64,000 bases of DNA, taken from an uncultured bacterium. Lineage in GTDB: Bacteria; Verrucomicrobiota; Verrucomicrobiia; Verrucomicrobiales; DEV007. A program made the position numbers and the translations under genes. A model generated the notes under the pieces. It was given only the letters and a program-made list of their open reading frames with translations. It made no database searches and had not been told where the DNA came from. Positions 18,747 through 27,605 of this stretch are shown piece after piece (within the stretch, counting starts at the first letter, position 1; every line of letters begins with the position of its first letter). The DNA is taken from positions 160,001-224,000 of the forward strand of contig CAXBMO010000004.1 of the NCBI GenBank assembly GCA_963977015.1. Direction: 5' to 3'.

Positions 18747-21593
18747 ATGACACGTCTGATCGTCTTCCTTTTTTGCCTGTCCTTCCTCGGAGGACAGTTC
18801 CAGTCCGTGCATGCGGAGCCATTGCCTCAATTAACGGCGGCTTTCTCCGAGAATGAACGTTGGGCAATCTTTCAACCCGATGAGCCCGTTGAACTGATTC
18901 TTACGTTGACTGGCAGTCGTGCGGTAGAGGACGTGCTGCAATGGAACGTCACGGATTATCTGGGGCAAGAGCGCGACCAAGGAAGCATCAAGGTACCCGC
19001 GGGCGACGGAAGCTGGGAAACTCGAATCCAAGCCGATGACTATGGCGCCGGGTATTTTGAAGTTCACCTGAAATTGGAAAAGACAGGTTTAACGTTACCT
19101 CGAGAGGGCAGCCGTCGCCCGGGCATGATAGCCTGGGGAGTCTTGCCTGATTTGCAGGCTCTGCCCTTGGAGCACGTGGATGACTCACGCTTTGGCGCCC
19201 AAGGAACGAATTTTCTGCTGACTGATGACTTGGAGGGGAAAGTGGGGAATCGGAATCCCCTCATGCCAATCTACCCGCTGTTGGGCGCTCGCTGGGTATA
19301 TTTGAACCGGCATTTGGCATTGCTCTATAAAGATGGTCCAGACTCCTACCACCCCCGCTTGGACCCAGAGGTATTCTTGCGCAGCTCGCATTACGATGCC
19401 GATGCAGGGTGTGCAATTCTTGTCGACATGCACAGCCTTCCGGTCTGGCAACGAGACGTGCCTCCCGGAGCGAAGTCCGATGGGAACCATACCCAGGCAG
19501 GCCAGCGATTTCCTCCCAGAGATTATTCTGAGTACAAGCAAATGCTGGCCCAGCTCGTTCGGGAACAAGTCGTGCGTCGCAAAACGCTGTTCCCCAACAT
19601 GTCCCAAAACTATTACCAGATTAGCTGGGAAGCGGATTGGCACTGGAAGGGCTCGGATGAAGATTTCATCAAGATGTATCAGGTGGCCTACGAGGCGGTG
19701 CATGAGAACGACCCTGACGGACTGCTTTTGGGACCGAACTATGGAGTGCTCAAGACGGGGAATAGACTACTTCGTCGGTTATTTCCCAAAGGTCTTGGCA
19801 AGTACTTGGATGGGGTCTTGATCCATACCTATTATATCTCCAAGCAAGGCGCGCAGGAACTGCCCGACGACATGCGAGAATTGGTGAGCTTGACCCGCGA
19901 ATATGTTGGCCCCGATGCAAAAATCATGAACACCGAATGGGGGGTCGCGTGGAAAAAGACCCCCGAAGAGGATCCGAACGCTCTACGCATTGAAGCCGCC
20001 CAGTTCATGCGAGGTCACCTCGTCACGCTCGGGGAAGGCGTGGATGCCACCTTCTTCTTTTACACCGCCGATCACGGAAAGTCGGGCGCAGGCTTGCTTT
20101 ATAATCTGACGGCAGAGACACGGAAGTTCGGCGCGACAAAAGTCGCCCCGAAGCCGGTCTTCATGGCAGCAGCGACCGCGACACGCCTCTTGGAGGGGAC
20201 GCGTTCTCTGGGGCGGATTGACTTCCTCGGCGAGGGGGTGCTGGGCTACGCGTTTGATCGCAATGGTGAATCCGTCATTTGCTTGTGGTCCGAGGATGGA
20301 GAGTCGCGCGACATTCCCATTCCCGTGGGAACGAGCACGATGCCGACCTTGATCGACCCAATGGGGAATCCCAAATCCCTGGCAGTTCAAGACGGCACTG
20401 CAACAGTCCGTCTAGATACTATCCCAGTTTGGATCCGTGGGATTCACCCAGCGACGCTTCCCATCGGCAATGAAGACGTCAAGGAGATCACGACACTTCC
20501 CGGCGAAAAGGTGCGACTTCCGAAGCTTCACAATCGCGAACTTCGTGCCGCCTCATTCGTGAATGGCGAGTGGCGCACCGAAGGCATGAGAGCAGGGATG
20601 ATGAGCGTTCCCGAGGATGCCTCGGTTGGGCCAATGCTAGTCAAACTCTCTGATGCGAAAACGGAAGCGCTTATTAGAACGATCATCGTACATGTGAACC
20701 CTGTCCTGCAATTGGAACAGGTGATGGATGTGCCACCGGGGCAACTTGAGGTTCGCTTAACGAATGCTCGCTCCGAGGTGAGTGAGGGGGATCTTTACTT
20801 ATTAGCCGGCGAGGAGGTCGTGGCACAAAAACCAGTCGTATTGCAAGGCGGGCAAGATGTGCAGATTGGATTCCCCGTTAGAAATCTAGATGCCTCACCA
20901 GGATTCAGCCTTCACTACCGAGATGCACGGGGAGCCGAATGTCGCCTCGGCCTCAATTCCCCAAAGAAGATCGTGACGGCTCATCGCGCGGTGTCCGTGC
21001 TCACGATCGATGGGCAACTCGATGATTGGCTGTTGGAGGACTTTCAACGCTATGAGAATCAACAAAACCCGGAACTGGCAGAACGGATGGACCCACGCGT
21101 CGCGGTTCGCTACGATGCCGAAAAGCTTTACTTTGCCGTTCAACTCAACGACTCCGATCACCTTCAGACTCAGTCCCCACAAGGACTCTGGCACGCGGAT
21201 TCGATTCAAATCGCTCTAGCGATCGACCCGGAAAATCCAGATCAGAAAAACTGGCAGAAGTTGAACATCGGCCGCAACTCCGTCAATGGGCACCAGAATG
21301 TCTTTCGGGATATGGGGGACGCCTTTCCCGCAGGGATTGTATCGACGAAAGAACTCTCACGAGCGATTGTCCGCTCGGGCGACGAAACCGTTTACGAGAT
21401 CGCCATACCCTGGCAGGATGTGGCTCAAGGCCTCGACGGTGTGCCTCCCCGCAACTACATGGGCGTCGGCATAATGATCAACAACATCGATTCCACCGCC
21501 GACGGCAAGAAGACGCGTCGCGAGTGGATTGATTTACTGGGTGGGATGCGCTTTTCCAAGCCAGAGGATATGGGGCTGATCGAGTTTCAATAG
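18747..21593 (+). CDS. Secreted clan GH-A (GH39-like) glycoside hydrolase with C-terminal CBM9-like sugar-binding domain
   Basis: Signal peptide MTRLIVFLFCLSFL; YQISWEAD (putative acid/base), LIHTY, IMNTEWG (putative nucleophile), APKPVF; C-terminal IDGQLDDW...LYFAVQLND...DSIQI...YEIAIPW. Confidence 0.8.
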   Translation: MTRLIVFLFCLSFLGGQFQSVHAEPLPQLTAAFSENERWAIFQPDEPVELILTLTGSRAVEDVLQWNVTDYLGQERDQGSIKVPAGDGSWETRIQADDYGAGYFEVHLKLEKTGLTLPREGSRRPGMIAWGVLPDLQALPLEHVDDSRFGAQGTNFLLTDDLEGKVGNRNPLMPIYPLLGARWVYLNRHLALLYKDGPDSYHPRLDPEVFLRSSHYDADAGCAILVDMHSLPVWQRDVPPGAKSDGNHTQAGQRFPPRDYSEYKQMLAQLVREQVVRRKTLFPNMSQNYYQISWEADWHWKGSDEDFIKMYQVAYEAVHENDPDGLLLGPNYGVLKTGNRLLRRLFPKGLGKYLDGVLIHTYYISKQGAQELPDDMRELVSLTREYVGPDAKIMNTEWGVAWKKTPEEDPNALRIEAAQFMRGHLVTLGEGVDATFFFYTADHGKSGAGLLYNLTAETRKFGATKVAPKPVFMAAATATRLLEGTRSLGRIDFLGEGVLGYAFDRNGESVICLWSEDGESRDIPIPVGTSTMPTLIDPMGNPKSLAVQDGTATVRLDTIPVWIRGIHPATLPIGNEDVKEITTLPGEKVRLPKLHNRELRAASFVNGEWRTEGMRAGMMSVPEDASVGPMLVKLSDAKTEALIRTIIVHVNPVLQLEQVMDVPPGQLEVRLTNARSEVSEGDLYLLAGEEVVAQKPVVLQGGQDVQIGFPVRNLDASPGFSLHYRDARGAECRLGLNSPKKIVTAHRAVSVLTIDGQLDDWLLEDFQRYENQQNPELAERMDPRVAVRYDAEKLYFAVQLNDSDHLQTQSPQGLWHADSIQIALAIDPENPDQKNWQKLNIGRNSVNGHQNVFRDMGDAFPAGIVSTKELSRAIVRSGDETVYEIAIPWQDVAQGLDGVPPRNYMGVGIMINNIDSTADGKKTRREWIDLLGGMRFSKPEDMGLIEFQ

Positions 21594-21631
21594 ATAGATA
21601 GGAGCTCTTTCGGCAGGGCGTCATTGCGATC

Positions 21632-21816
21632 CCCTGCATACTTCATCCCGCAAGCAGTTGGGCCGCACCCCGGAGGCATCGTGAAATGAATCGCTGAACA
21701 CGGAGAACCGCAATCCGGAACTTCCGCCGATGCCTTCGTTCCAGTTTCTTGGGGAGGAAACCCTAAAACGAATCGCCACCACGACCCTTGCCGGAACTGG
21801 CAAAGCGGGCAACTAA
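21632..21816 (+). pseudogene. Decayed duplicate of the 3' end of the cytochrome protein gene (direct repeat copy 2)
   Basis: Reads ...GGIVK*(TGG>TGA, +1 nt)SLNTENRNPELPPMPSFQFLGEETLKRIATTTLAGTGKAGN*, with the stop at the equivalent position to copy 1. Confidence 0.85.
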
Positions 21817-22054
21817 GTTTGATCGTCCCGGCTCTTATCCCGTCTTGTCCATTTGTCTCTTTGGCCGGTTCTTCCAGGCTACATATTCTGACCCTTTGGA
21901 ACCGGCTCTGACTTGCTGCTCCTCAGATTCTGATTGTTATCTCATCAATTCTTCCTGTTGCCAACGAGTGGTGGACATGTTAGGAAACTGACGCAAGCTT
22001 GGGATTTCCCATCGACCTCTTATCGCGGTCGCGAAGCACACCAATTCCACAACG

Positions 22055-22711
22055 ATGGCAGTCTACCCCCTACACGAACCGAAGGATGAGCATGGGCAAC
22101 CACTCCGATACTTCAAGACGAACCACGATAACAACGTCAGCAAAGCGATTGATCAACTATCGGGAATGTGCGCAGGAATCTTGGCTGACGGGGTGGTTTG
22201 TGAAAAGGAAGCGCGATTCTTTCACGAATGGATTCAAAAATACTCAACCTACGAGCCAGTTTGGCCTTTTTCGGAGGTTTTGGGACGACTGGAAACCATT
22301 TTTGCTGATGGAATAATTTCCGACCTCGAAAGGGAGGAACTTAAAGAAGTCATGCAGCGAATCACCGGGAATGCGAAAATGAATGCCCTTGAAACATTTT
22401 CTTCAGCTTTACCGCTCAACAATCCACTTCCATATACCATTTCATTTCCCCAAAATGAATTTGTCATAACTGGACGCTTTGCATTCGGAACCCGTCGGAA
22501 AGTGGGCGAAGCCATTGAACAACGTGGTGGAATCGTTAAAAATGGAACTCCGACCCACTCCACCAGCTACCTGGTCATTGGGGTTTTTGCGAGTCGAGAT
22601 TGGTATAACACCAACTACGGCAGGAAAATCGAGCGCGCCGTAGAACTTCGATCCGAAGGGACACCAATTTCAATTATTTCCGAAGAACACTGGAAGCGGT
22701 TTGTAGCATGA
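22055..22711 (+). CDS. BRCT-domain protein with a TerB-like helical N-terminal domain
   Basis: Two ADGxxxxxE motifs in the N-terminal half; BRCT FVITGRF...IEQRGG...YLVIG...GRKIERA...IISEEHW; AT-richer than flanks. Confidence 0.85.
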   Translation: MAVYPLHEPKDEHGQPLRYFKTNHDNNVSKAIDQLSGMCAGILADGVVCEKEARFFHEWIQKYSTYEPVWPFSEVLGRLETIFADGIISDLEREELKEVMQRITGNAKMNALETFSSALPLNNPLPYTISFPQNEFVITGRFAFGTRRKVGEAIEQRGGIVKNGTPTHSTSYLVIGVFASRDWYNTNYGRKIERAVELRSEGTPISIISEEHWKRFVA

Positions 22712-23019
22712 AAGTCGAGTTCGAAAATGGCTATGCTATTGACTTTAGAATGGCCGTAGGCTCATGCTTCAAATCAGCCTTGGCAAATGAACGCTTTGCC
22801 CCCGGAGATACGATCTATGATACGTCCAAGGCATATTCTGGAAGTTGGTCAGAAGCTCTACAACAAATTGGATATGGGTTTCAGGTAGCAAATGTGATAG
22901 GAAATACGGTCGAGTATGATGTCTTGAGACCCTCAGCAGACAGAAAGTCGATTCAGGTTGTTGAACGTGTAAGATCTCCCGTTTCCACTTTTATTCAGAA
23001 ACTCCAAGAAGGGCTATAG
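22708..23019 (+). CDS. Hypothetical protein, translationally coupled to the BRCT gene
   Basis: Start overlaps the last codons of the BRCT gene; same AT-richer composition; no recognisable motif. Confidence 0.6.
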   Translation: MKVEFENGYAIDFRMAVGSCFKSALANERFAPGDTIYDTSKAYSGSWSEALQQIGYGFQVANVIGNTVEYDVLRPSADRKSIQVVERVRSPVSTFIQKLQEGL

Positions 23020-23030
23020 CCGTTTCGGCA

Positions 23031-23930
23031 TTACGCCGTTTCGGCCCGGGCCGTGGCGCGGAGGTGTTCCTGGAACGCCTTGAGCCACTTGCTCTGGTAG
23101 CGGTAGGGATTCCAGAGCATCGCGATGGTCCGGGCCGGGCGCTGGTCGGCGATGGAGCGGTAGGTTCGCTGCGGGCTCTGGTCGATCCGCTGGGCCATTT
23201 TCGGGACCAGGGAAACGCCGTGGCCGAGCGAGACCAGTTCCTGGACCGTGGCCAGCTGGCTGGTCCGCTCCACCGAGACCGGCTGGATCGATTGCCGGCG
23301 GCAGAACGAGGCGATCTGGTCGGAGAGACAATGGGCCTCATCGAGCATGACGAAGGGATAAGGCTCGACGTCCACGAGCTGGATTTCCTCCATGGCGCTG
23401 AGGGGATGGTCGTTGGGCATAACCAGGACCAGTTCCTCCTCGAAGAGCGACTCGGTTTCGAGGTATTTCGCCTCGATCGGCAGGGCCAGGATCGCGAGGT
23501 CGACTTCGCCGTGGCTGCAACGCCGGATCACGTTCTGGGTGGTGTCTTCCTGAACGATCATTTTCACCTCGGGATGCGATTTGGCGAAGGAGCCGAGCAC
23601 GCCGGGCAGGAAGAACGGCGCGATGGTCGGGATCACCGCGATCCGGATCCGCCCGTGCTTCCCGAACTCCGAGATTTCCAAAAAGGTGTCGTCGACCAGC
23701 GCCAGGATCTGCTTGGCCCGGCCGAGGAGCAATTCGCCGAGGTCGGTGAGAACGACTTCGCGGGGCTGGCGCTCGAACAGCGGCTGACCGATCTGCTCTT
23801 CGAGTTTCTGGATCGCCCGGCTCAGGGACGATTGGGAAACGTTCAGTTCCTCGGCGGCGCGGGTGAAGTTCCGGGCACGGGCCACCGCGAGGAAGGATTC
23901 GAGCTGGTGGAAGTCGAGTTCGGGTTTCAT
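23031..23930 (-). CDS. oxyR: Peroxide-sensing LysR regulator OxyR
   Basis: LysR HTH NFTRAAEELNVSQSSLS; IPTIAPFFLP; MLDEAHCLSDQIASFC matches the OxyR C199/C208 segment; catalase nearby. Confidence 0.85.
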   Translation of the reverse strand: MKPELDFHQLESFLAVARARNFTRAAEELNVSQSSLSRAIQKLEEQIGQPLFERQPREVVLTDLGELLLGRAKQILALVDDTFLEISEFGKHGRIRIAVIPTIAPFFLPGVLGSFAKSHPEVKMIVQEDTTQNVIRRCSHGEVDLAILALPIEAKYLETESLFEEELVLVMPNDHPLSAMEEIQLVDVEPYPFVMLDEAHCLSDQIASFCRRQSIQPVSVERTSQLATVQELVSLGHGVSLVPKMAQRIDQSPQRTYRSIADQRPARTIAMLWNPYRYQSKWLKAFQEHLRATARAETA

Positions 23931-24085
23931 CGCCAGCCAAGCTCCCCCGGTTTCCGGGGATGCGCCAGCCGGATTCCGCGACGAGGGCTTGGGAATCCGG
24001 CACTGACGGAAAAAACCGGTTTCACCGCGGCGAACCGTCGCTAGCGTGCCGAAAATCCCCGGCGTTCCGCGCCAATCAAAACCCC

Positions 24086-25411
24086 ATGTTGTACTTTCAG
24101 TTTTTCTTCCTCCTTGCGGTCCTCTACCTCGGCAGCCGATTCGGCGGAATCGGCCTCGGTGTCGTTTCCGGCATCGGGCTGGTGATCGAGGTGTTCGTGT
24201 TCGGGATGACCCCGACCTCGCCGCCGATCAGCGTAATGCTCATCATCATGGCGGTGGTGACCTGCGCGTCGGTGCTTGAGGCTGCGGGCGGGCTCAAGTT
24301 CATGCTCCAGTTCGCGGAACGGCTTCTCCGCGCGCATCCCCGGCGGATCACGATCTTCGGCCCTTTGGTCACCTACCTCATGACGCTGATACTGGGAACC
24401 GGGCACGCGGTTTACTCGGTCATGCCGATCATCGGCGACGTCGCCCTCAAAAACGGGGTGCGTCCGGAGCGCCCCATGGCCGCCGCCTCGGTCGCGTCGC
24501 AGTTGGGAATCACCGCCAGCCCGATCTCGGCTGCGGTGGTCTATTACCTCGCGGAAATCGGGAACCTCCATCCCGGTCTCACCCTGCTTTCGATCCTCGG
24601 CGTCACCATTCCAGCCACCTTCGCCGGAGTGATCGCGGTCTCGCTCTACAGCCTGCGCCGCGGCGTCGAACTGGCCGACGACCCGATCTACCAGGCCCGA
24701 CTCGAGGATCCGCTCTGGAAGGACCGCATCGCCACGACGACCCACACAACCCTCGACGAGAAACTGCCCAACTCGGCGAGAAACGCAGTCCTGATCTTTC
24801 TCGGCGCGCTGGTGACCATCGTCGTCATCGCGATGCTTCCCGAAATCCGGATCATCGGAGACTCCGAGAAACCGTTGAGCATGTCGGTGGTGATCCAGAT
24901 GATGATGCTCTGTTTCGGCGGGATCATCCTCCTCGCCACCCGCACCCCGACGGCCCGGATTCCCGACGGCCCCGTCTTCAAGTCCGGGATGGTCGCGGCG
25001 CTGGCGATTTTTGGGATCGCCTGGATGAGCGACACCTATTTCACCCACGCCCTGCCCAGTTTTCAGGCCGGCATCACCCAGATGGTCCAGACCTATCCCT
25101 GGACCTTCGCCCTGGCCATGTTCGTCGTCTCCGTGGTCGTCAACAGCCAGGCGGCGACCTGCCGAATGATGCTGCCGGTCGGGCTGGCCATGGGATTGCC
25201 GCCTCAGTTGCTCATCGGGATCATGCCGTCCTGCTACGGCTATTTCTTCATCCCGAACTACCCGTCCGACATCGCGACCTGCAACTTCGACCTCTCCGGC
25301 ACGACGCGGATCGGGCGCTACTATTTCAACCACAGTTTCATGGTTCCCGGATTGATCGGGGTGACGGTCGCCTGCCTCGTCGGTTATGCGCTTGCGTTTG
25401 TGCTGGTCTGA
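24086..25411 (+). CDS. Anaerobic C4-dicarboxylate transporter, DcuA/DcuB family
   Basis: GTGHAVYS, RPERPMAAASVASQLGITASPISAA, GIAWMSDTYF, NSQAAT, GTTRIGRYYFNHSFM. Confidence 0.92.
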   Translation: MLYFQFFFLLAVLYLGSRFGGIGLGVVSGIGLVIEVFVFGMTPTSPPISVMLIIMAVVTCASVLEAAGGLKFMLQFAERLLRAHPRRITIFGPLVTYLMTLILGTGHAVYSVMPIIGDVALKNGVRPERPMAAASVASQLGITASPISAAVVYYLAEIGNLHPGLTLLSILGVTIPATFAGVIAVSLYSLRRGVELADDPIYQARLEDPLWKDRIATTTHTTLDEKLPNSARNAVLIFLGALVTIVVIAMLPEIRIIGDSEKPLSMSVVIQMMMLCFGGIILLATRTPTARIPDGPVFKSGMVAALAIFGIAWMSDTYFTHALPSFQAGITQMVQTYPWTFALAMFVVSVVVNSQAATCRMMLPVGLAMGLPPQLLIGIMPSCYGYFFIPNYPSDIATCNFDLSGTTRIGRYYFNHSFMVPGLIGVTVACLVGYALAFVLV

Positions 25412-25433
25412 GATCTCAGGTGGACGCCTTGCG

Positions 25434-25470
25434 ATGCATTTCGCGCATCGCTGATATCTGAATGATGCAT
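25434..25470. promoter_or_regulatory. OxyR-like four-tetrad operator upstream of catalase
   Basis: ATGC-N7-GCAT-N7-ATCT-N7-GCAT, the same spacing as the OxyR consensus ATAG-N7-CTAT-N7-ATAG-N7-CTAT. Confidence 0.6.
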
Positions 25471-25566
25471 TGGATGCATCGACGGTTTTCCCGGATGAAG
25501 TTGTCGGTTCGCGATTCTGCGGGCCTTGCAAAAGCAACCATCAACCATCCGACACGACTCCACCCA

Positions 25567-27015
25567 ATGAAAACCATGACCACGACCGGCGGCAATCCCG
25601 TCGCCGACAACCAGAACAGCCAAAGCGCCGGCCCGCGCGGGCCACTCCTGCTTCAGGACTATCAGCTGATCGAAAAACTGGCGCACCAGAACCGGGAACG
25701 GATCCCGGAACGCGTCGTTCACGCCAAGGGCTCCGGCGCCTACGGGACGTTCACGGTGACCAACGACATCACCCGCTACACCCGGGCCAACCTCTTCGGC
25801 GAAATCGGCAAGGAAACCCCGGTCCTGCTCCGCTTCTCCACCGTGGCCGGGGAACGCGGCGCGGCCGATGCCGAACGCGACGTTCGCGGTTTTGCCCTCA
25901 AATTCTACACCGAGGAAGGCAACTGGGACCTGGTCGGGAACAACACCCCGGTCTTTTTCGTGCGTGACCCGCTGAAATTCCCCGATTTCATCCACACCCA
26001 GAAGCGTCATCCCAAAACGAACCTGCGGAGCAACACCGCGATGTGGGATTTCTGGTCGCTCTCGCCGGAGTCGCTCCACCAGGTGACGATCCTGATGTCC
26101 GACCGCGGCTTGCCGACCAGTTATCGCGAGATGAACGGCTACGGCTCGCACACCTACTCGTTGCTCAACGCCGACAACGAACGCGTCTGGGTGAAGTTCC
26201 ACTTCAAGTCGCAGCAGGGCATCAAGACCCTGAGCAACGCGGAAGCGGCGGATTTGGTCGGCCAGGATCGCGAGTCGCATCAGCGCGACCTCTTCGAGGC
26301 GATCGAAGCGGGGAATTTTCCGCGCTGGACCGTCAAGATCCAGGTCATGACCGAAGCCGAGGCGGAAACCACCTCCTTCAATCCGTTCGACCTCACCAAG
26401 GTCTGGCCGCACGCGGAGTTTCCGCTGATCGACGTGGGCGTGCTGGAGCTAAATCGCAACCCGGAGAACTACTTCCAGGAAATCGAGCAGGCCGCGTTTT
26501 CGCCGTCGAACATCGTCCCCGGCATCTCCTTTTCGCCGGACAAAATGCTCCAGGCGCGGGTCTTTTCCTACGCCGACGCCCATCGCTACCGGCTCGGCAC
26601 CTGGTATGAAGCCCTGCCCGTGAACCAACCGCGTTCCGCGGTGCGGACCTATCACCTGGACGGCGCGATGAACTTCGCCAAACCGGCGAGCAGCGACGCC
26701 TACTACGAACCGAACTCGATGGGCGGACCGGTCCAGAGTCCCGAATTCGCCGAACCGCCCCTGCCGCTTTCCGGCGCCGCGGACCGCTACGACCACCGCG
26801 AAGGCAACGACGATTTCACCCAGGCCGGCAACCTCTTCCGACTGATGTCGCCCGGGCAACAGGAGCAGCTCTTCCGGAACATCGCCGAAGCGATGGAAGG
26901 CGTCCCACGCGAGATCGTCGAGCGCCAGCTGGCCCACTTCGAACAAGCCGATCCCGCCTACGCTGCCGGCGTGGCCCGGGCGCTCGAGCTGCAACTTCAC
27001 GGGGAGGCCGCCTGA
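25567..27015 (+). CDS. katA: Monofunctional heme catalase (small subunit)
   Basis: [33 protein letters not shown], proximal [12 protein letters not shown]; start at ATG 25567. Confidence 0.97.
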   Translation: MKTMTTTGGNPVADNQNSQSAGPRGPLLLQDYQLIEKLAHQNRERIPERVVHAKGSGAYGTFTVTNDITRYTRANLFGEIGKETPVLLRFSTVAGERGAADAERDVRGFALKFYTEEGNWDLVGNNTPVFFVRDPLKFPDFIHTQKRHPKTNLRSNTAMWDFWSLSPESLHQVTILMSDRGLPTSYREMNGYGSHTYSLLNADNERVWVKFHFKSQQGIKTLSNAEAADLVGQDRESHQRDLFEAIEAGNFPRWTVKIQVMTEAEAETTSFNPFDLTKVWPHAEFPLIDVGVLELNRNPENYFQEIEQAAFSPSNIVPGISFSPDKMLQARVFSYADAHRYRLGTWYEALPVNQPRSAVRTYHLDGAMNFAKPASSDAYYEPNSMGGPVQSPEFAEPPLPLSGAADRYDHREGNDDFTQAGNLFRLMSPGQQEQLFRNIAEAMEGVPREIVERQLAHFEQADPAYAAGVARALELQLHGEAA

Positions 27016-27016
27016 A

Positions 27017-27523
27017 ATGAACGCAACCACCACGACGGTCCCCACCGAATCCGAAGACGCTCGCTACGCGGATTTGCAGCTTCTCGCGATCGACGCAGCG
27101 CGCGATAACGACCACGAGTTGCTCCGCCCGATGCTCCTCGCCGGTCTGCCGGTCAACCTGCAGGACGCGAAAGGCAACACCCTGCTGATGCTGGCCGCCT
27201 ACCACGGCCACGTCGAGACGGTGCGGCTTCTCCTCGAACACGGTGCCGATCCCGACCGGCGCAACGACCGCAATCAGACTCCGCTCGGCGGCGTCGCCTT
27301 CAAGGGCCATCTCGAGATTGCCCGGCTCCTGGTCGCTTCCGGGGCCAATCCCGCCGCGGACCAGGGCGGTGGCCAGACTCCGCTGATGTTTGCCACCTTG
27401 TTCGGGCGGCTCGAGACGGCGCGCTATCTGCGTTCTCTGACGCCACGCAACCGGTTCTCCGGCGGCCTGGATCTGCTGGCCCGGCTCAAGGCGTGGTTGC
27501 GGCGACGTCGGCAACCAAGCTGA
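27017..27523 (+). CDS. Ankyrin-repeat protein (catalase-associated, AnkB-like)
   Basis: Repeats GNTLLMLAAYHGH, QTPLGGVAFKGH, GQTPLMFATLFGR; starts 1 nt after the katA stop. Confidence 0.92.
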   Translation: MNATTTTVPTESEDARYADLQLLAIDAARDNDHELLRPMLLAGLPVNLQDAKGNTLLMLAAYHGHVETVRLLLEHGADPDRRNDRNQTPLGGVAFKGHLEIARLLVASGANPAADQGGGQTPLMFATLFGRLETARYLRSLTPRNRFSGGLDLLARLKAWLRRRRQPS

Positions 27524-27605
27524 CCCCAGCTGGGTGGGTTCGCCGCCTTTCGGGAAGAATTTGCTGTTCCGCTCGTTCCGGATACACGATAGTATTCCCC
27601 TGACG

